From assembly GCA_965249725.1 (NCBI GenBank), contig CBDFMQ010000002.1:1088001-1152000 (forward strand): a DNA stretch of 64,000 nt, written 5' to 3'. The stretch comes from Longimicrobiales bacterium (GTDB taxonomy: Bacteria > Gemmatimonadota > Gemmatimonadetes > Longimicrobiales > Gaopeijiaceae). Position numbers and translations under genes: made by a program. The notes below the pieces were generated by a model. The model had not been told where the DNA came from. It saw only the letters and a program-made list of their open reading frames with translations, and searched no databases. Below, piece after piece: positions 40,647-50,310 of the stretch (the stretch's first letter is position 1; every line of letters starts with the position of its first letter).

Positions 40647-40838
40647 AAGAACTCGGGCGTCCCTGCTCGGGACGACACAAGGAAGTGGCGGGGCGGTTCA
40701 TCCGGCCCGTGATAGTCCAATTGACACCTTTTGTTCCGAGCAAACGTGGTCTTCAAAGGTAAAACGTTGGACAGCCTACACGGAGGGCCATATTCTGATT
40801 TCTGGTCCCAGAATGCAGTCACTCCCTCGGTGAGGTAT

Positions 40839-42152
40839 ATGATGTCGACGAGACGCAATTTCTTGGCCACGATGTCCCTTCCGGCCGCCTTCTCCGTTCG
40901 TGGATTCCCCGGTGCGCCCACCCTGTTCAGCCCATCGGCTCCCGAAATCCTGGAGTCCCTGTCGCACTATTCGGGCACGCCCAGTGCGATCGCTCAGGAC
41001 GAGGACTACTGGTCCGAGGTGGCCCAAGCGTTCACCGTCGACCGCAGCTTGGTCAACTTCAACAACGGGGGTGTGAGCCCTTCGCCCTCCTTCGTGCAGG
41101 AGGCCATGAAGCGTCACCTGGACTTCTCGAACCTGGCCCCGTCCTACACGATGTGGGAGATCCTGCAGCCCGGTCAGGAGACGGTGCGACAGCGGATGGC
41201 GCGTGAGTGGGGTGTCGATACGGAGGAGATCGCGATCACGCGAAACGCCTCCGAGGGCCTGCAGATCTGTCAGTTCGGGTACGATCTGGAGCGGGGTGAC
41301 GAGGTGCTCACGTCGACGCAGGACTACGGCCGCATGCGCACGACGTTCAAGCAGCGTGAGCGTCGTGAGGGCATCGTCATGAAGCAGATCGAGCTGCCGG
41401 TGCCTGCGGAAGATCCGGCAGAGGTCGTCCGTCTCTTCGAGGAAGGCATCACCGACAAGACCCGGTTGATCCTCATGTGCCACATGATCAACCTCACCGG
41501 GCAGATCCTACCGGTAAAGGAAGTGGTTGCGATGGCCCGTCGGCACAACGTCTCGGTCATCGTGGACGGCGCGCACGCGCTGGCCCATTTCGACTTCAAG
41601 ATCTCGGACCTGGAGTGCGACAATTACTCCACCAGCCTCCACAAGTGGCTCTTCGCCCCGCACGGCACCGGGCTCCTTTATGTGCGCCGTGAGGTGATCC
41701 CGACGATCTGGCCTCTCATGGCGGCCAGAGACGACATGGATGGGAACATCCGCAAGTTCGAGGAGATCGGGACACATCCGTGCGCGAACCACCTCGCCAT
41801 CGCCGAGGCCCTCACATTCCATCAAGGCATCGGACCGAAGCGGAAGACCGAGCGACTGGTCTACCTCAGGGATCGGTGGGCCAAGCGGCTGCTCGAAAAC
41901 GACCGGATCCGTGTTCACACGAGTCTCGAGCCCGGGTTCGCCTGCGGCATCGCCAATGTGGGAATCGAGGGCGAGGACATGGTCGCTCTGAGAGACTGGT
42001 TGTGGAACGAACATCGCATCATCACGGTTTCCATTAATCACGCACAGTTCCAAGGCCTCCGGATTTCGCCCAGCGTGTACTCCACGCTGGAGGAAGTGGA
42101 CCGCTTTGTGGACGCGATGGAATACGCCGCGAAGAACGGACTCCCAGCCTGA
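40839..42152 (+). CDS. Tat-exported class V PLP aminotransferase-fold enzyme (isopenicillin-N-epimerase/desulfurase-like)
   Basis: MMSTRRNFL twin-arginine motif; NNGGVSP, TRNASEGL, DGAH, SLHKWL PLP-lysine. Confidence 0.88.
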   Translation: MMSTRRNFLATMSLPAAFSVRGFPGAPTLFSPSAPEILESLSHYSGTPSAIAQDEDYWSEVAQAFTVDRSLVNFNNGGVSPSPSFVQEAMKRHLDFSNLAPSYTMWEILQPGQETVRQRMAREWGVDTEEIAITRNASEGLQICQFGYDLERGDEVLTSTQDYGRMRTTFKQRERREGIVMKQIELPVPAEDPAEVVRLFEEGITDKTRLILMCHMINLTGQILPVKEVVAMARRHNVSVIVDGAHALAHFDFKISDLECDNYSTSLHKWLFAPHGTGLLYVRREVIPTIWPLMAARDDMDGNIRKFEEIGTHPCANHLAIAEALTFHQGIGPKRKTERLVYLRDRWAKRLLENDRIRVHTSLEPGFACGIANVGIEGEDMVALRDWLWNEHRIITVSINHAQFQGLRISPSVYSTLEEVDRFVDAMEYAAKNGLPA

Positions 42153-42186
42153 GCGGCCCGGGCCAACAACCTAGTAGACTCTAGGA

Positions 42187-42840
42187 GTGTTCATGAGCCC
42201 CGTCCTGATAGCCGTAATTTCGCTAGCCTCGATGTGCGACCTCGGCCCCGGAATGCCGCTGCCCGCACTCACCGTCGCGCCGCTTCAGCAGGCCAGCTAC
42301 GAAGAGCTGTACAAGTCGGGCCTTACGTTCACCGACTTCCTGGAATCGGCCGAAGCCCAAGAAGACAAATGGGCCACAAACTACGGCCGTGACCACGTGG
42401 CGCTGGCGATGACCCCTCAGGCTCGCGAGATCCCCGGCAACTGGCGCCTTCTGGTCGTAGGCGAGGACTGGTGCAGCGATTCAGTCAACACGATTCCTTA
42501 TCTGGCCCGGCTCATCGAGGGCGCGAGCGGGCTGGACATGCGAATCGTGAACTCGAAGGAGGGGCGCTGGGTCATGGAGGCGCACCCGACACCCGACGGA
42601 CGGCCTTCGACTCCAACGGTCATCGTCCTCGACGAGGACGGTGACAAGGTGGGATGCTGGAGTGAGCGCCCCGCCGTTCTTCAGGACTGGTGGCTGGAGA
42701 ACCCCGACAACCTCGAGGGCCGTGAGAAGCTCAACCAAAAATTCGCCTGGTACGATGAAGATGCGGGCGGAGAGACCCTGCGAGAGATCCTGGAGATCAT
42801 CAAGGCGGCGTCGGACGGATCGCCTCGGTGCACGGAGTAG
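42187..42840 (+). CDS. Exported thioredoxin-fold protein (WCSDS, CxxS type)
   Basis: EDWCSDS..TIP.L; GRPSTP; W.ERP; hydrophobic N-terminus. Confidence 0.85.
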   Translation: MFMSPVLIAVISLASMCDLGPGMPLPALTVAPLQQASYEELYKSGLTFTDFLESAEAQEDKWATNYGRDHVALAMTPQAREIPGNWRLLVVGEDWCSDSVNTIPYLARLIEGASGLDMRIVNSKEGRWVMEAHPTPDGRPSTPTVIVLDEDGDKVGCWSERPAVLQDWWLENPDNLEGREKLNQKFAWYDEDAGGETLREILEIIKAASDGSPRCTE

Positions 42841-42892
42841 TTACCGGGTAGGCTTGGCCCGCACGCTACAGGCGGGTCTCTAGGGCCTGGGG

Positions 42893-43774
42893 CTAGCGGG
42901 AAAAGTCGAGCCCGAAGTCCAGGATGGGAGCCGAGTGGGTGATCCACCCACTCGAGATGTAGTCGACCCCCGCCTCGGCGATGTCTCGAACCGTGTCGCC
43001 CGTGACGCTGCCCGAAGCTTCGAGCCTCGCGCGCCCTCCGACCCTCTGTACCGCTTCGCGCAGTGTTGCCGGAGGCATGTTGTCCAGGAGGATCACATCA
43101 GCACCGCCCTCCACAGCCTCATCGAGTTGATCGAGCGTATCGACCTCGATTTCGATCGCCGTCAGAGGGCCGTTGGCAGCCTGGGCGGCGGAAAGAGCCT
43201 GACGGACCCCGCCGGCCACTGTGATGTGGTTGTCCTTGATCAGTATCGCTCCATCGAGGGCGAGCCGGTGGTTCACCCCGCCCCCCGCGCGCACCGCGTA
43301 CTTCTCGAGCGCCCGCAGCCCGGGTGTCGTCTTCCGGGTGCAGCAGATCTTGGCGTGGGTGCCTCGGACCGCCCGGACCAGTCGGTCCGTAGCCGTGGCG
43401 ACTCCGGACAGGTGACCCAGAAAGTTCAGGGCGGTACGCTCCGCCGTGAGGATCGAGCTAGAGGAGCCTTCCACCACGGCGACCACATCCCCCGGAGCCA
43501 CGCCGGATCCATCGTCCAGGTCGAAGCGCACCGCCAGCCCTCGATCGACGAGCGCAAAGGTCAGCCTCGCGGCCTGGGCCCCCGCCAAGACACCCTCACT
43601 CCTCGATACGATCTCCGCTCTGGATTGGGCCGTCGGAGCGATGACCGACCGGGTCGTGATGTCCCCGCCCTGGCCGAGATCCTCGGCAAGGGCAGTTCGC
43701 ACCACGGCCTCGACAAGGACTTCAGGGAGCGGAGAGATGTTGCGCTCGGCCTCTGACTCGGCCTGAGGGGACAT
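42893..43774 (-). CDS. nadC: Quinolinate phosphoribosyltransferase
   Basis: ALAEDL..GDITT, ERTALN, TRKTTPGLR, IKDNH, EIEVD, LLDNM, EASG. Confidence 0.97.
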   Translation of the reverse strand: MSPQAESEAERNISPLPEVLVEAVVRTALAEDLGQGGDITTRSVIAPTAQSRAEIVSRSEGVLAGAQAARLTFALVDRGLAVRFDLDDGSGVAPGDVVAVVEGSSSSILTAERTALNFLGHLSGVATATDRLVRAVRGTHAKICCTRKTTPGLRALEKYAVRAGGGVNHRLALDGAILIKDNHITVAGGVRQALSAAQAANGPLTAIEIEVDTLDQLDEAVEGGADVILLDNMPPATLREAVQRVGGRARLEASGSVTGDTVRDIAEAGVDYISSGWITHSAPILDFGLDFSR

Positions 43775-43779
43775 GGAGG

Positions 43780-44859
43780 TCAGGCCGGCACGCTCACGGC
43801 CAGATCGACGGTCTGTCTGTCTTCGACCACGATGTCTGGGCTCTCAGCCTTAGAGAAGCCTCTTCCGGTCGTGTGGAGGTCGACCATGCCCTGAACGGAC
43901 TGCCGGGCTCTGATGGCCATCTCCTCTGGGATGTGCACCTCGTAGCGCATCAACTGCAGGCTCTCGAGGATGTTTTGCAGGGTGATCTGCTTCATGTGTG
44001 GGCAGAGATTGCAGGGCCGGATGAACTCCACATCCGGCGTCTCGGCGGCCACGTTGTCACTCATGGAGCACTCCGTGACCATCATGACTCGAGGTGGCCG
44101 GCGGTCCTTCACATACTTGATCATGCCGGCCGTCGAGCCAGTGTAATCGACCTCGGCGATCAGCTCCGGCGAGCACTCCGGATGGGCGAGCACTACCAGA
44201 TCCGGCACGTCCCTTCGGTACTGCCGAATCTCGTCCGCCGTGAAGCGCTCGTGCACCTCGCAACGACCCTGCCAGGCAATCACCTCGACATCGGTCTGGG
44301 CGGCCACATTTCTGGTGAGGTATTCGTCGGGCAGCAAAATCACCCGGTCCGTGCCGAGCGACTCCACGACTTCCACCGCGTTCGACGACGTACAGCAGAT
44401 GTCGGATTCCGCCTTCACGTCAGCCGACGTGTTCACATAGGTCACGACCGGTACGCCGGGGTACTTCTCTTTCAGCCGGCGGACATCCTCACTCGTTATC
44501 GACGCGGCCAGCGAACAGCCTGCCTCGAGGCTCGGGATCAGCACCGTCTTCTCGGGAGACAGGAGCTTCGAAGTCTCCGCCATGAAGTGGACGCCGGCCT
44601 GAACGATGACCTCGGCTTGTGTGTCCCGCGCCTGGATCGCCAGCTGCAAAGAGTCTCCGACGAAGTCGGCCACGCAGTGGTAGATATCAGGCGTCTGATA
44701 GTTGTGAGCGAGAATGACCGCGTTCTTGGCCTTCTTGAGTTGGTTGATGGCGTAGATATGTGGTGCCACCACCGGCCATTCCACGGGTGGGATGAACTGC
44801 TTCACCCGCTCCAGTAGGGGAGCGGTCGCGCGGGCGACCTCGGGCGTGTATTCGAGCAT
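43780..44859 (-). CDS. nadA: Quinolinate synthase
   Basis: ILAHNYQ, GDSL, HFMAET, AGCSLA, YVNTSA, CEVH, HPEC, CPHMK. Confidence 0.97.
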   Translation of the reverse strand: MLEYTPEVARATAPLLERVKQFIPPVEWPVVAPHIYAINQLKKAKNAVILAHNYQTPDIYHCVADFVGDSLQLAIQARDTQAEVIVQAGVHFMAETSKLLSPEKTVLIPSLEAGCSLAASITSEDVRRLKEKYPGVPVVTYVNTSADVKAESDICCTSSNAVEVVESLGTDRVILLPDEYLTRNVAAQTDVEVIAWQGRCEVHERFTADEIRQYRRDVPDLVVLAHPECSPELIAEVDYTGSTAGMIKYVKDRRPPRVMMVTECSMSDNVAAETPDVEFIRPCNLCPHMKQITLQNILESLQLMRYEVHIPEEMAIRARQSVQGMVDLHTTGRGFSKAESPDIVVEDRQTVDLAVSVPA

Positions 44860-45042
44860 ATGTTGCTACGTGGCGGGTCGGCCGGGGTGTTCGCTCAACA
44901 ACCACTCCGACCCGTCTTTGACTGGAGGGCCTTTGGCCCTCGTGAGTCCGGTAGAACTATGTGTGAATGGATACAAAATACCCGCTCTTGGGGTCCGTCC
45001 TCAAGAGGCCCCGAATGCACCAATTTTCACTAACTTCGGGGC

Positions 45043-46026
45043 TTATGAGTGGCCTTGGACCTCTTGCGTACGGTACGGCGCCTCCAGCCGCTCGATCTCG
45101 CCGGGCTCCAACTTCAGATCGACCGCCCTGACCGCCGCGTCGAGGTGCCCGAGTTTCGTTGCGCCTACAATGGGAGCCGCCACCGCGGGCTTGGAGAGTA
45201 GCCACGCGAGCGCGACCTCGGCCGGCGTGACTCCTCTGTCCTCGGCCACCGACTGGACCGCCTGCACGATGTCCCAGCCGGCCGGATCGTTGTACAGGGC
45301 GTGAGCATAGGTATCGGCCTCGGCGCGGGCGGTCGATTCACGATCGTCCAGCGAGGTCCGCGTGCCCGCTAGGAGCCCCCTCGCCAGCGGTGACCAGGGG
45401 ATCATGCCAATCCCCTCCGCTTCGCATAGGGGCATCATCTCACGTTCCTTTTCGCGATACAGCAGGTTGTAGTGGTTCTGCATCGAGACGAATCGTGCCG
45501 ATCCGTTCATGTCTGACACCCCCAAGGCCCGAGCCATCTGCCACGCCCATCCCGAGCTCGCGCCAATGTAGCGGACCTTTCCGGACTGAACCAGGTGGTC
45601 GAGTGCGGCCAGCGTCTCTTCGATCGGGGTCTCCGGGTCGAACCGATGGATCTGGTACAGGTCGATAGCATCGACCCCCAACCGCGACAGGCTCGCCTCA
45701 CACGTCTCGACGATGTGCTTCCGAGACAGCCCGCCGAGATTGGGGCCCTCGCCCATGGGAAAGAAGACCTTGGTCGCGATCACGAGCTCGCCCCGCGTAC
45801 CGTACTCGCGCAGGGCCCGCCCGGTGACCTCCTCGCTCACCCCCAACGAGTACATGTCTGCCGTGTCGAAGAAGTTGATGCCCGACTCTATCGCGCGGCG
45901 GAAGAAAGGCCGAGCGGCCTCTTCGTCGAGGACCCACGGGCGCCACCCTGAAGTGCCATAGCTCATGCACCCTAGGCAGATGCGGGAAACGTTAAGGCCG
46001 GTGCCGCCGAGTTTGGTGTATTCCAT
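45043..46026 (-). CDS. Aldo/keto reductase
   Basis: CLGCMSYG, FDTADMYS, DLYQIHR, MQNHYNL, PWSPLARG. Confidence 0.95.
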   Translation of the reverse strand: MEYTKLGGTGLNVSRICLGCMSYGTSGWRPWVLDEEAARPFFRRAIESGINFFDTADMYSLGVSEEVTGRALREYGTRGELVIATKVFFPMGEGPNLGGLSRKHIVETCEASLSRLGVDAIDLYQIHRFDPETPIEETLAALDHLVQSGKVRYIGASSGWAWQMARALGVSDMNGSARFVSMQNHYNLLYREKEREMMPLCEAEGIGMIPWSPLARGLLAGTRTSLDDRESTARAEADTYAHALYNDPAGWDIVQAVQSVAEDRGVTPAEVALAWLLSKPAVAAPIVGATKLGHLDAAVRAVDLKLEPGEIERLEAPYRTQEVQGHS

Positions 46027-46175
46027 CTATCCGTCCACACTCCTGAGATGGTGCGTGATCCTGCGTGAGCCCCCCCCATCGCGGGGTCGATCTGCGACTC
46101 GAACCCACAGATAGTAGGGCCTCAAGGAAGCTCCTACATGGTGGATCGCACGATGTCGAAGTAGACGGATGGGCT

Positions 46176-47018
46176 CTACCTCAGGACATCTGGCGAGTGC
46201 GGCAGGGCATCGTAATCCTCGATGCTGTGCTGGACGATCAGCTTCGCGCCACGCTCCTCGACGAACGCCTCGATGCGGATCATCGAGCCCAGTGTAGCGT
46301 CCCTGTCAAAATTGAAGGTCGGCACCAGCCGCTTCGCCCGGCTCTCCTTCAAAGGGTAGAGGTCGCCCGACAGGACAACGGGGCCGTATTCCTCAAGATC
46401 GAGGAAGAGCATTTGGTGCCCCGGAGTATGGCCGGGCGTCGACAGGATCACCACCGAGCCGTCACCGAAGACGTCATGATCCCCCTCGATGATCCTGGTC
46501 GGGCCGTCCTTCAGGTCGCCATATGTCGAGACGTCGAAGCCCATCTCCGCTGCACCCTCCCGGAAGCCGTACTCGACTTGGGCTGCGTTCACCAGCCAGG
46601 TGGCCGTGCCTGCGAAGGCATTGGCGTTGCCCGAATGGTCGTAGTGAAGGTGCGACAAGGCGATGTAGTCGATGTCGGAAGTCGCGACGCCGATTTCGCC
46701 TAGTTGGACGGCCAGCGGCTTGTCCAGGCGGGCGAGGAAGCCATTGGCACCATTGTCGGGGCTAGCGATCTGCGCCTCGGCAAAACCGGCGTCCCATATC
46801 ATCATGCCGTCCGGATGGGCGACCAGGTAGCACGGAACGGCGAACGTCCAAGCCCGGCCATCGTATTCACCGCCATCGGACATGGCGCTGATGTCTTCCC
46901 CTGCCAGTGTGCCGCAATCGAGAACGTGGAGCGTCAGCGAAGGACGGTCCGCGACACATGCCAGTCCCGCCATCATCGCCGCTGCGAGTACAGCAACCAG
47001 CCCTGAATATTTGCGCAT
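46176..47018 (-). CDS. Metallo-beta-lactamase-fold N-acyl-homoserine lactonase-like lipoprotein
   Basis: SHLHYDHSG (HxHxDH), TPGHTPGH, SGD; lipobox-like GLA-C. Confidence 0.85.
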   Translation of the reverse strand: MRKYSGLVAVLAAAMMAGLACVADRPSLTLHVLDCGTLAGEDISAMSDGGEYDGRAWTFAVPCYLVAHPDGMMIWDAGFAEAQIASPDNGANGFLARLDKPLAVQLGEIGVATSDIDYIALSHLHYDHSGNANAFAGTATWLVNAAQVEYGFREGAAEMGFDVSTYGDLKDGPTRIIEGDHDVFGDGSVVILSTPGHTPGHQMLFLDLEEYGPVVLSGDLYPLKESRAKRLVPTFNFDRDATLGSMIRIEAFVEERGAKLIVQHSIEDYDALPHSPDVLR

Positions 47019-47055
47019 GTCGGTCCCTGCGAAACGGTCAGCCGTTCTCTGCCAA

Positions 47056-47138
47056 TGCCGGGGGTGGGGATCGAACCCACATGGGATTTCTCCCGGGGGA
47101 TTTTAAGTCCCCTGCGTCTACCATTCCGCCACCCCGGC
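47056..47138 (-). tRNA. tRNA-Leu (anticodon TAA), CCA not encoded
   Basis: GCCGGGGTGGCGGAATGGTAGACGCAGGGGAC-TTAAAA-TCCCC, long variable arm, GTGGGTTCGATCCCCACCCCCGGCA. Confidence 0.95.
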
Positions 47139-47220
47139 GACGTGGTGCTTCATGCCAAAGGAATCTGTCCAGGGCCGTCCAACAATGGGGTCGCCGGCAG
47201 GCGAGCAAGAGAGGCTGCGC

Positions 47221-48060
47221 TCAGTTGACCCCGAGCGTCATCCCGAACCCGACGCCGCCACCGCCGTTGGGACCTAAGGAGACTTGGCGGACCAGTCCAT
47301 CGCCCTGCGAATCGGAGTTCATCCCGACAAGCCGACCGGCCAATATGCCGACCGCTGCTCCCGCCACGACGTCCGTGGCCCAGTGCTTCCTCTCGAGTAC
47401 GCGGCTCACCGCGGTGGTCGAGGCCAACCCGTAGGTCATATACGGCACCCAACGATGGCTCGAGCCGAAGCGACGTGAGAGCACGGTCGCCAAAGCGAAG
47501 GCGTGTGCCGTATGCCCAGACGGAAACGAGAACCGGTCCCGGTCGAACGCGAACGGCTGAAGGAGGTCAGGATCGGTGCCGCGGTACGGTCGCGATCTAC
47601 CGACGGCGATCTTGAGGCTCAGGGCCATTGCCTCCGCGAGGGCCAGCGCCTTGAACGACATGATGCCGAACTGCTTGACGTCGTTGTTGTCGATCATCGA
47701 CCCGACGAGCGTCGTACCTCCCGTGAGCGCCAAACCCACGAGAGGCTCCCCCCAGGCCCTACCGAAGTCCCGCAGACCCGGCGCCCTCCCTACAGTGGCC
47801 GGACTGAGAGACGCGTCGAACTCTTCGAGGGGCTCCATCAGGAGGAGGGGTGCGAAGACGATCGATGCCAGAACGAGATTCGTCCCGGACAGGACGACCG
47901 CCGCCCGTGGGGCATCGCGCGACACCAGCTCCTGTGCGGACACCGGCGAGTGCGACCCGATCGAGACGATCGCCACCACGAGACAGATGGGTCCCTTACG
48001 CGTCCCAGCGGATCTGGACCCCGGACTCGTCCGGCATCGCTTTGCGCTGCGTCGGTTCAT
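47221..48060 (-). CDS. PAP2 family phosphatase
   Basis: KIAVGRSRP, SFPSGH, SRV...KHWATDV. Confidence 0.9.
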   Translation of the reverse strand: MNRRSAKRCRTSPGSRSAGTRKGPICLVVAIVSIGSHSPVSAQELVSRDAPRAAVVLSGTNLVLASIVFAPLLLMEPLEEFDASLSPATVGRAPGLRDFGRAWGEPLVGLALTGGTTLVGSMIDNNDVKQFGIMSFKALALAEAMALSLKIAVGRSRPYRGTDPDLLQPFAFDRDRFSFPSGHTAHAFALATVLSRRFGSSHRWVPYMTYGLASTTAVSRVLERKHWATDVVAGAAVGILAGRLVGMNSDSQGDGLVRQVSLGPNGGGGVGFGMTLGVN

Positions 48061-48237
48061 TGAATTCGCTCCGTCCCCCTGAGGCGTCCCTCGCACTGCC
48101 TACACCGAGTTTCCGACAATGGGTCGCCTACAATGGTCTTACCATGGTCATGGCCCGGACAAGTCGCCATTCTATTGAGCAACCCCCGAAGGGGGCAATC
48201 GCAACAAGGCGCCCCGCCGCCGGACCGCAGGTCACCA

Positions 48238-48891
48238 ATGAACCCCGAGCGATTCTCCAAGCTTACCACGGCACTACGCAGGCGCCAGCCTGATCTTACC
48301 GTGCTCATGGAGCGGGTCCACAAGAGTCACAACCTGTCGGCCATCCTCCGCAATTGCGATTCCGTGGGCGTATTGGAGGCTCACGCGGTGCCACCCGCAG
48401 AGGGTCTGGACATTCACGGCCACACGTCTGCAGGGACAGCCAAGTGGGTGAAAGTGGTCCGCCACGGGACGACCCGAAACGCCGTGGAGACGTTGAAGAC
48501 CCGCGGATTCCGGGTGCTGGCGGCTCATCCCGGGCCGAACTCGACCGACTTTCGCGCCGCGGACTATACCCGACCTACCGCCATCATGCTGGGTGCGGAA
48601 CTCCTGGGCCTCAGCGAGGAGGGCATCGCCTTGGCCGACGAACTCATGGTGATCCCCATGGTGGGCATGGTCCGTTCGTTCAACGTGTCGGTAGCCGCCG
48701 CACTCCTGCTCTTCGAGGCGTTCCGTCAGAGGCAGGCCGCGGGCATGTACGACGCCTCTCGGCTCGATCCGGCCGAATACGAGCGCATCCTCTTCGAGTG
48801 GTCGTATCCACGCGTGGCTCGGCTGTATCGAGAGCGGGGGACCCCGTACCCTGCGTTGAGTCCAGAAGGCAGGTTCGAGCACTCCGGCTAG
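48238..48891 (+). CDS. trmH: tRNA Gm18 2'-O-methyltransferase
   Basis: RRQPDLTVLME.VHK.HNLSAILR.CD, GAEL.GLS, IPMVGMVRSFNVSVA. Confidence 0.93.
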   Translation: MNPERFSKLTTALRRRQPDLTVLMERVHKSHNLSAILRNCDSVGVLEAHAVPPAEGLDIHGHTSAGTAKWVKVVRHGTTRNAVETLKTRGFRVLAAHPGPNSTDFRAADYTRPTAIMLGAELLGLSEEGIALADELMVIPMVGMVRSFNVSVAAALLLFEAFRQRQAAGMYDASRLDPAEYERILFEWSYPRVARLYRERGTPYPALSPEGRFEHSG

Positions 48892-48909
48892 CCAGCCGTG
48901 GGTCTGACC

Positions 48910-50301
48910 TTACTCGGGTGCGGGTACCTCTCTACCCAATTGGTGGCGCAGAGACTCCTCCAGGCCCGGGTACGAGAACTCGAAGCCGGTTTCCTCCGCC
49001 ACGGCAGGCCTCGCTCTGGCACTCGAGAGGAGCGTCTCCGTGCCCATCTCCCCGAATAGCGCTTTCACGGCCAAGCTCGGGACGGGGATCAGCGTCGGAC
49101 GGTTGAGCACACGGCCGAGCGTTCCTGTAAACGTGGAATTCGACACCGGAAAAGGCGTGGTGGCGTTGACGGGACCGCGGATGGTGTCGGTGCGGATGAC
49201 GTGTAGGATCAAGCTCAGCATGTCGTCGTGATCGATCCAGCTCACGTATTGCCGTCCGCTTCCCAGCCGTCCCCCGACCCCGACCTTGAAGGGAAGTAGC
49301 ATGGTGCCCAAGGCCCCTCCGGCGGGGGACAGCACCAATCCGGTCCTGACGTTCACCACCCGAATCGCCATGCGGGCCGCCGGACGGGTCGCCTCCTCCC
49401 ATGCCTGGCAGAGCTTGGCGAGGTATCCCTTCCCGGGTTTGGAGCTCTCCGTCAGCACCTGGTTGCCGCGGTCTCCGTAGTATCCCACTGCCGACGAAGT
49501 CACGAGCACCCGAGGGGGCCGCTTCAACTGAGCGAGCGTCCGAGCCAGCCACTCCGTACCCTTCACCCTGCTCTGCCAGATGCGCTTCTTCTTCTCTTCG
49601 GTCCACCGAAGTCCCAAGAGCGGTTCCCCGGCCAAGTGCACTACCGCGTCCATGCCCTCCAGCCTGCTCGGGTCGTCCGGCTCGCCCGACGGGTTCCACA
49701 GGGCCTCGTCCGGTCCGAGCTTCGAGCCCTCACGCCGCAGCCGGACTACCTTGTGGCCCCCGGTCGTAAGCACGGCGCAGAGCGCTTGACCAATCAGACC
49801 GGTCGAGCCCGTCACCCCTACCTTGAGTGCCCTGTCTCCTCGATAGCGCTCGATTCGTGCGAGGTCGTTTCTCAGCCTCTGATGGCGGAAGGTGAACAGG
49901 CGCTCAAGCTCATGCTCCACCGTCGATCCACCTAGGAGCCGCCCTGCCATGCCCATCGGTAGCTCCCAGTCCACATGGTCCTCCACAAGACATCCACCGG
50001 TCTCCGTGGGGTGGAAACGATGCGTGTGGATCCAACGCGTGAACGGGCCCCGCACCTGTTCATCGCGAAACGACACCCCCTCCTCGAAGTCGGTGTGCTT
50101 GACCTCCCACTTCATGTCCGTGGGTCCTCGTCGCACTCGAAAGAGGATCTGCCCACCATCGGCAGGCGTGCCCGACCGCTTTAGGATGTCGATGCTCTCC
50201 CACGGCGGAATCAGGCGTTCGAGAGCCCCCGGACGCATGTGCCAGGCGAACACCTCGTCCGCAGGGTGGTCCAGGGAGGTTTTAAGGGTGAACTCTGGCA
50301 A
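48910..50301 (-). CDS. SRPBCC domain fused to TIGR01777-family NAD-dependent epimerase
   Basis: FAWH.RPGALERL.PPW, GPF..W.HTH; TGSTGLIG, HLAGE, SAVGYYG, G.G.QYVSWI. Confidence 0.9.
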   Translation of the reverse strand: MPEFTLKTSLDHPADEVFAWHMRPGALERLIPPWESIDILKRSGTPADGGQILFRVRRGPTDMKWEVKHTDFEEGVSFRDEQVRGPFTRWIHTHRFHPTETGGCLVEDHVDWELPMGMAGRLLGGSTVEHELERLFTFRHQRLRNDLARIERYRGDRALKVGVTGSTGLIGQALCAVLTTGGHKVVRLRREGSKLGPDEALWNPSGEPDDPSRLEGMDAVVHLAGEPLLGLRWTEEKKKRIWQSRVKGTEWLARTLAQLKRPPRVLVTSSAVGYYGDRGNQVLTESSKPGKGYLAKLCQAWEEATRPAARMAIRVVNVRTGLVLSPAGGALGTMLLPFKVGVGGRLGSGRQYVSWIDHDDMLSLILHVIRTDTIRGPVNATTPFPVSNSTFTGTLGRVLNRPTLIPVPSLAVKALFGEMGTETLLSSARARPAVAEETGFEFSYPGLEESLRHQLGREVPAPE

Positions 50302-50310
50302 TCTCGCCTC

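Noticed and set aside
40650..40730. Cobalamin riboswitch before the TonB receptor (CCGCCCCGCCACT on the minus strand)
   Set aside because: The other conserved elements (GGGAA/GGTG-AATCC arm and B12 box) could not be found; an Infernal scan would be needed.
44893..44930. TCAACAACC...ACTGGAG reminiscent of the NAD+-I riboswitch
   Set aside because: It lies on the strand antisense to nadA and the P1 pairing does not close.
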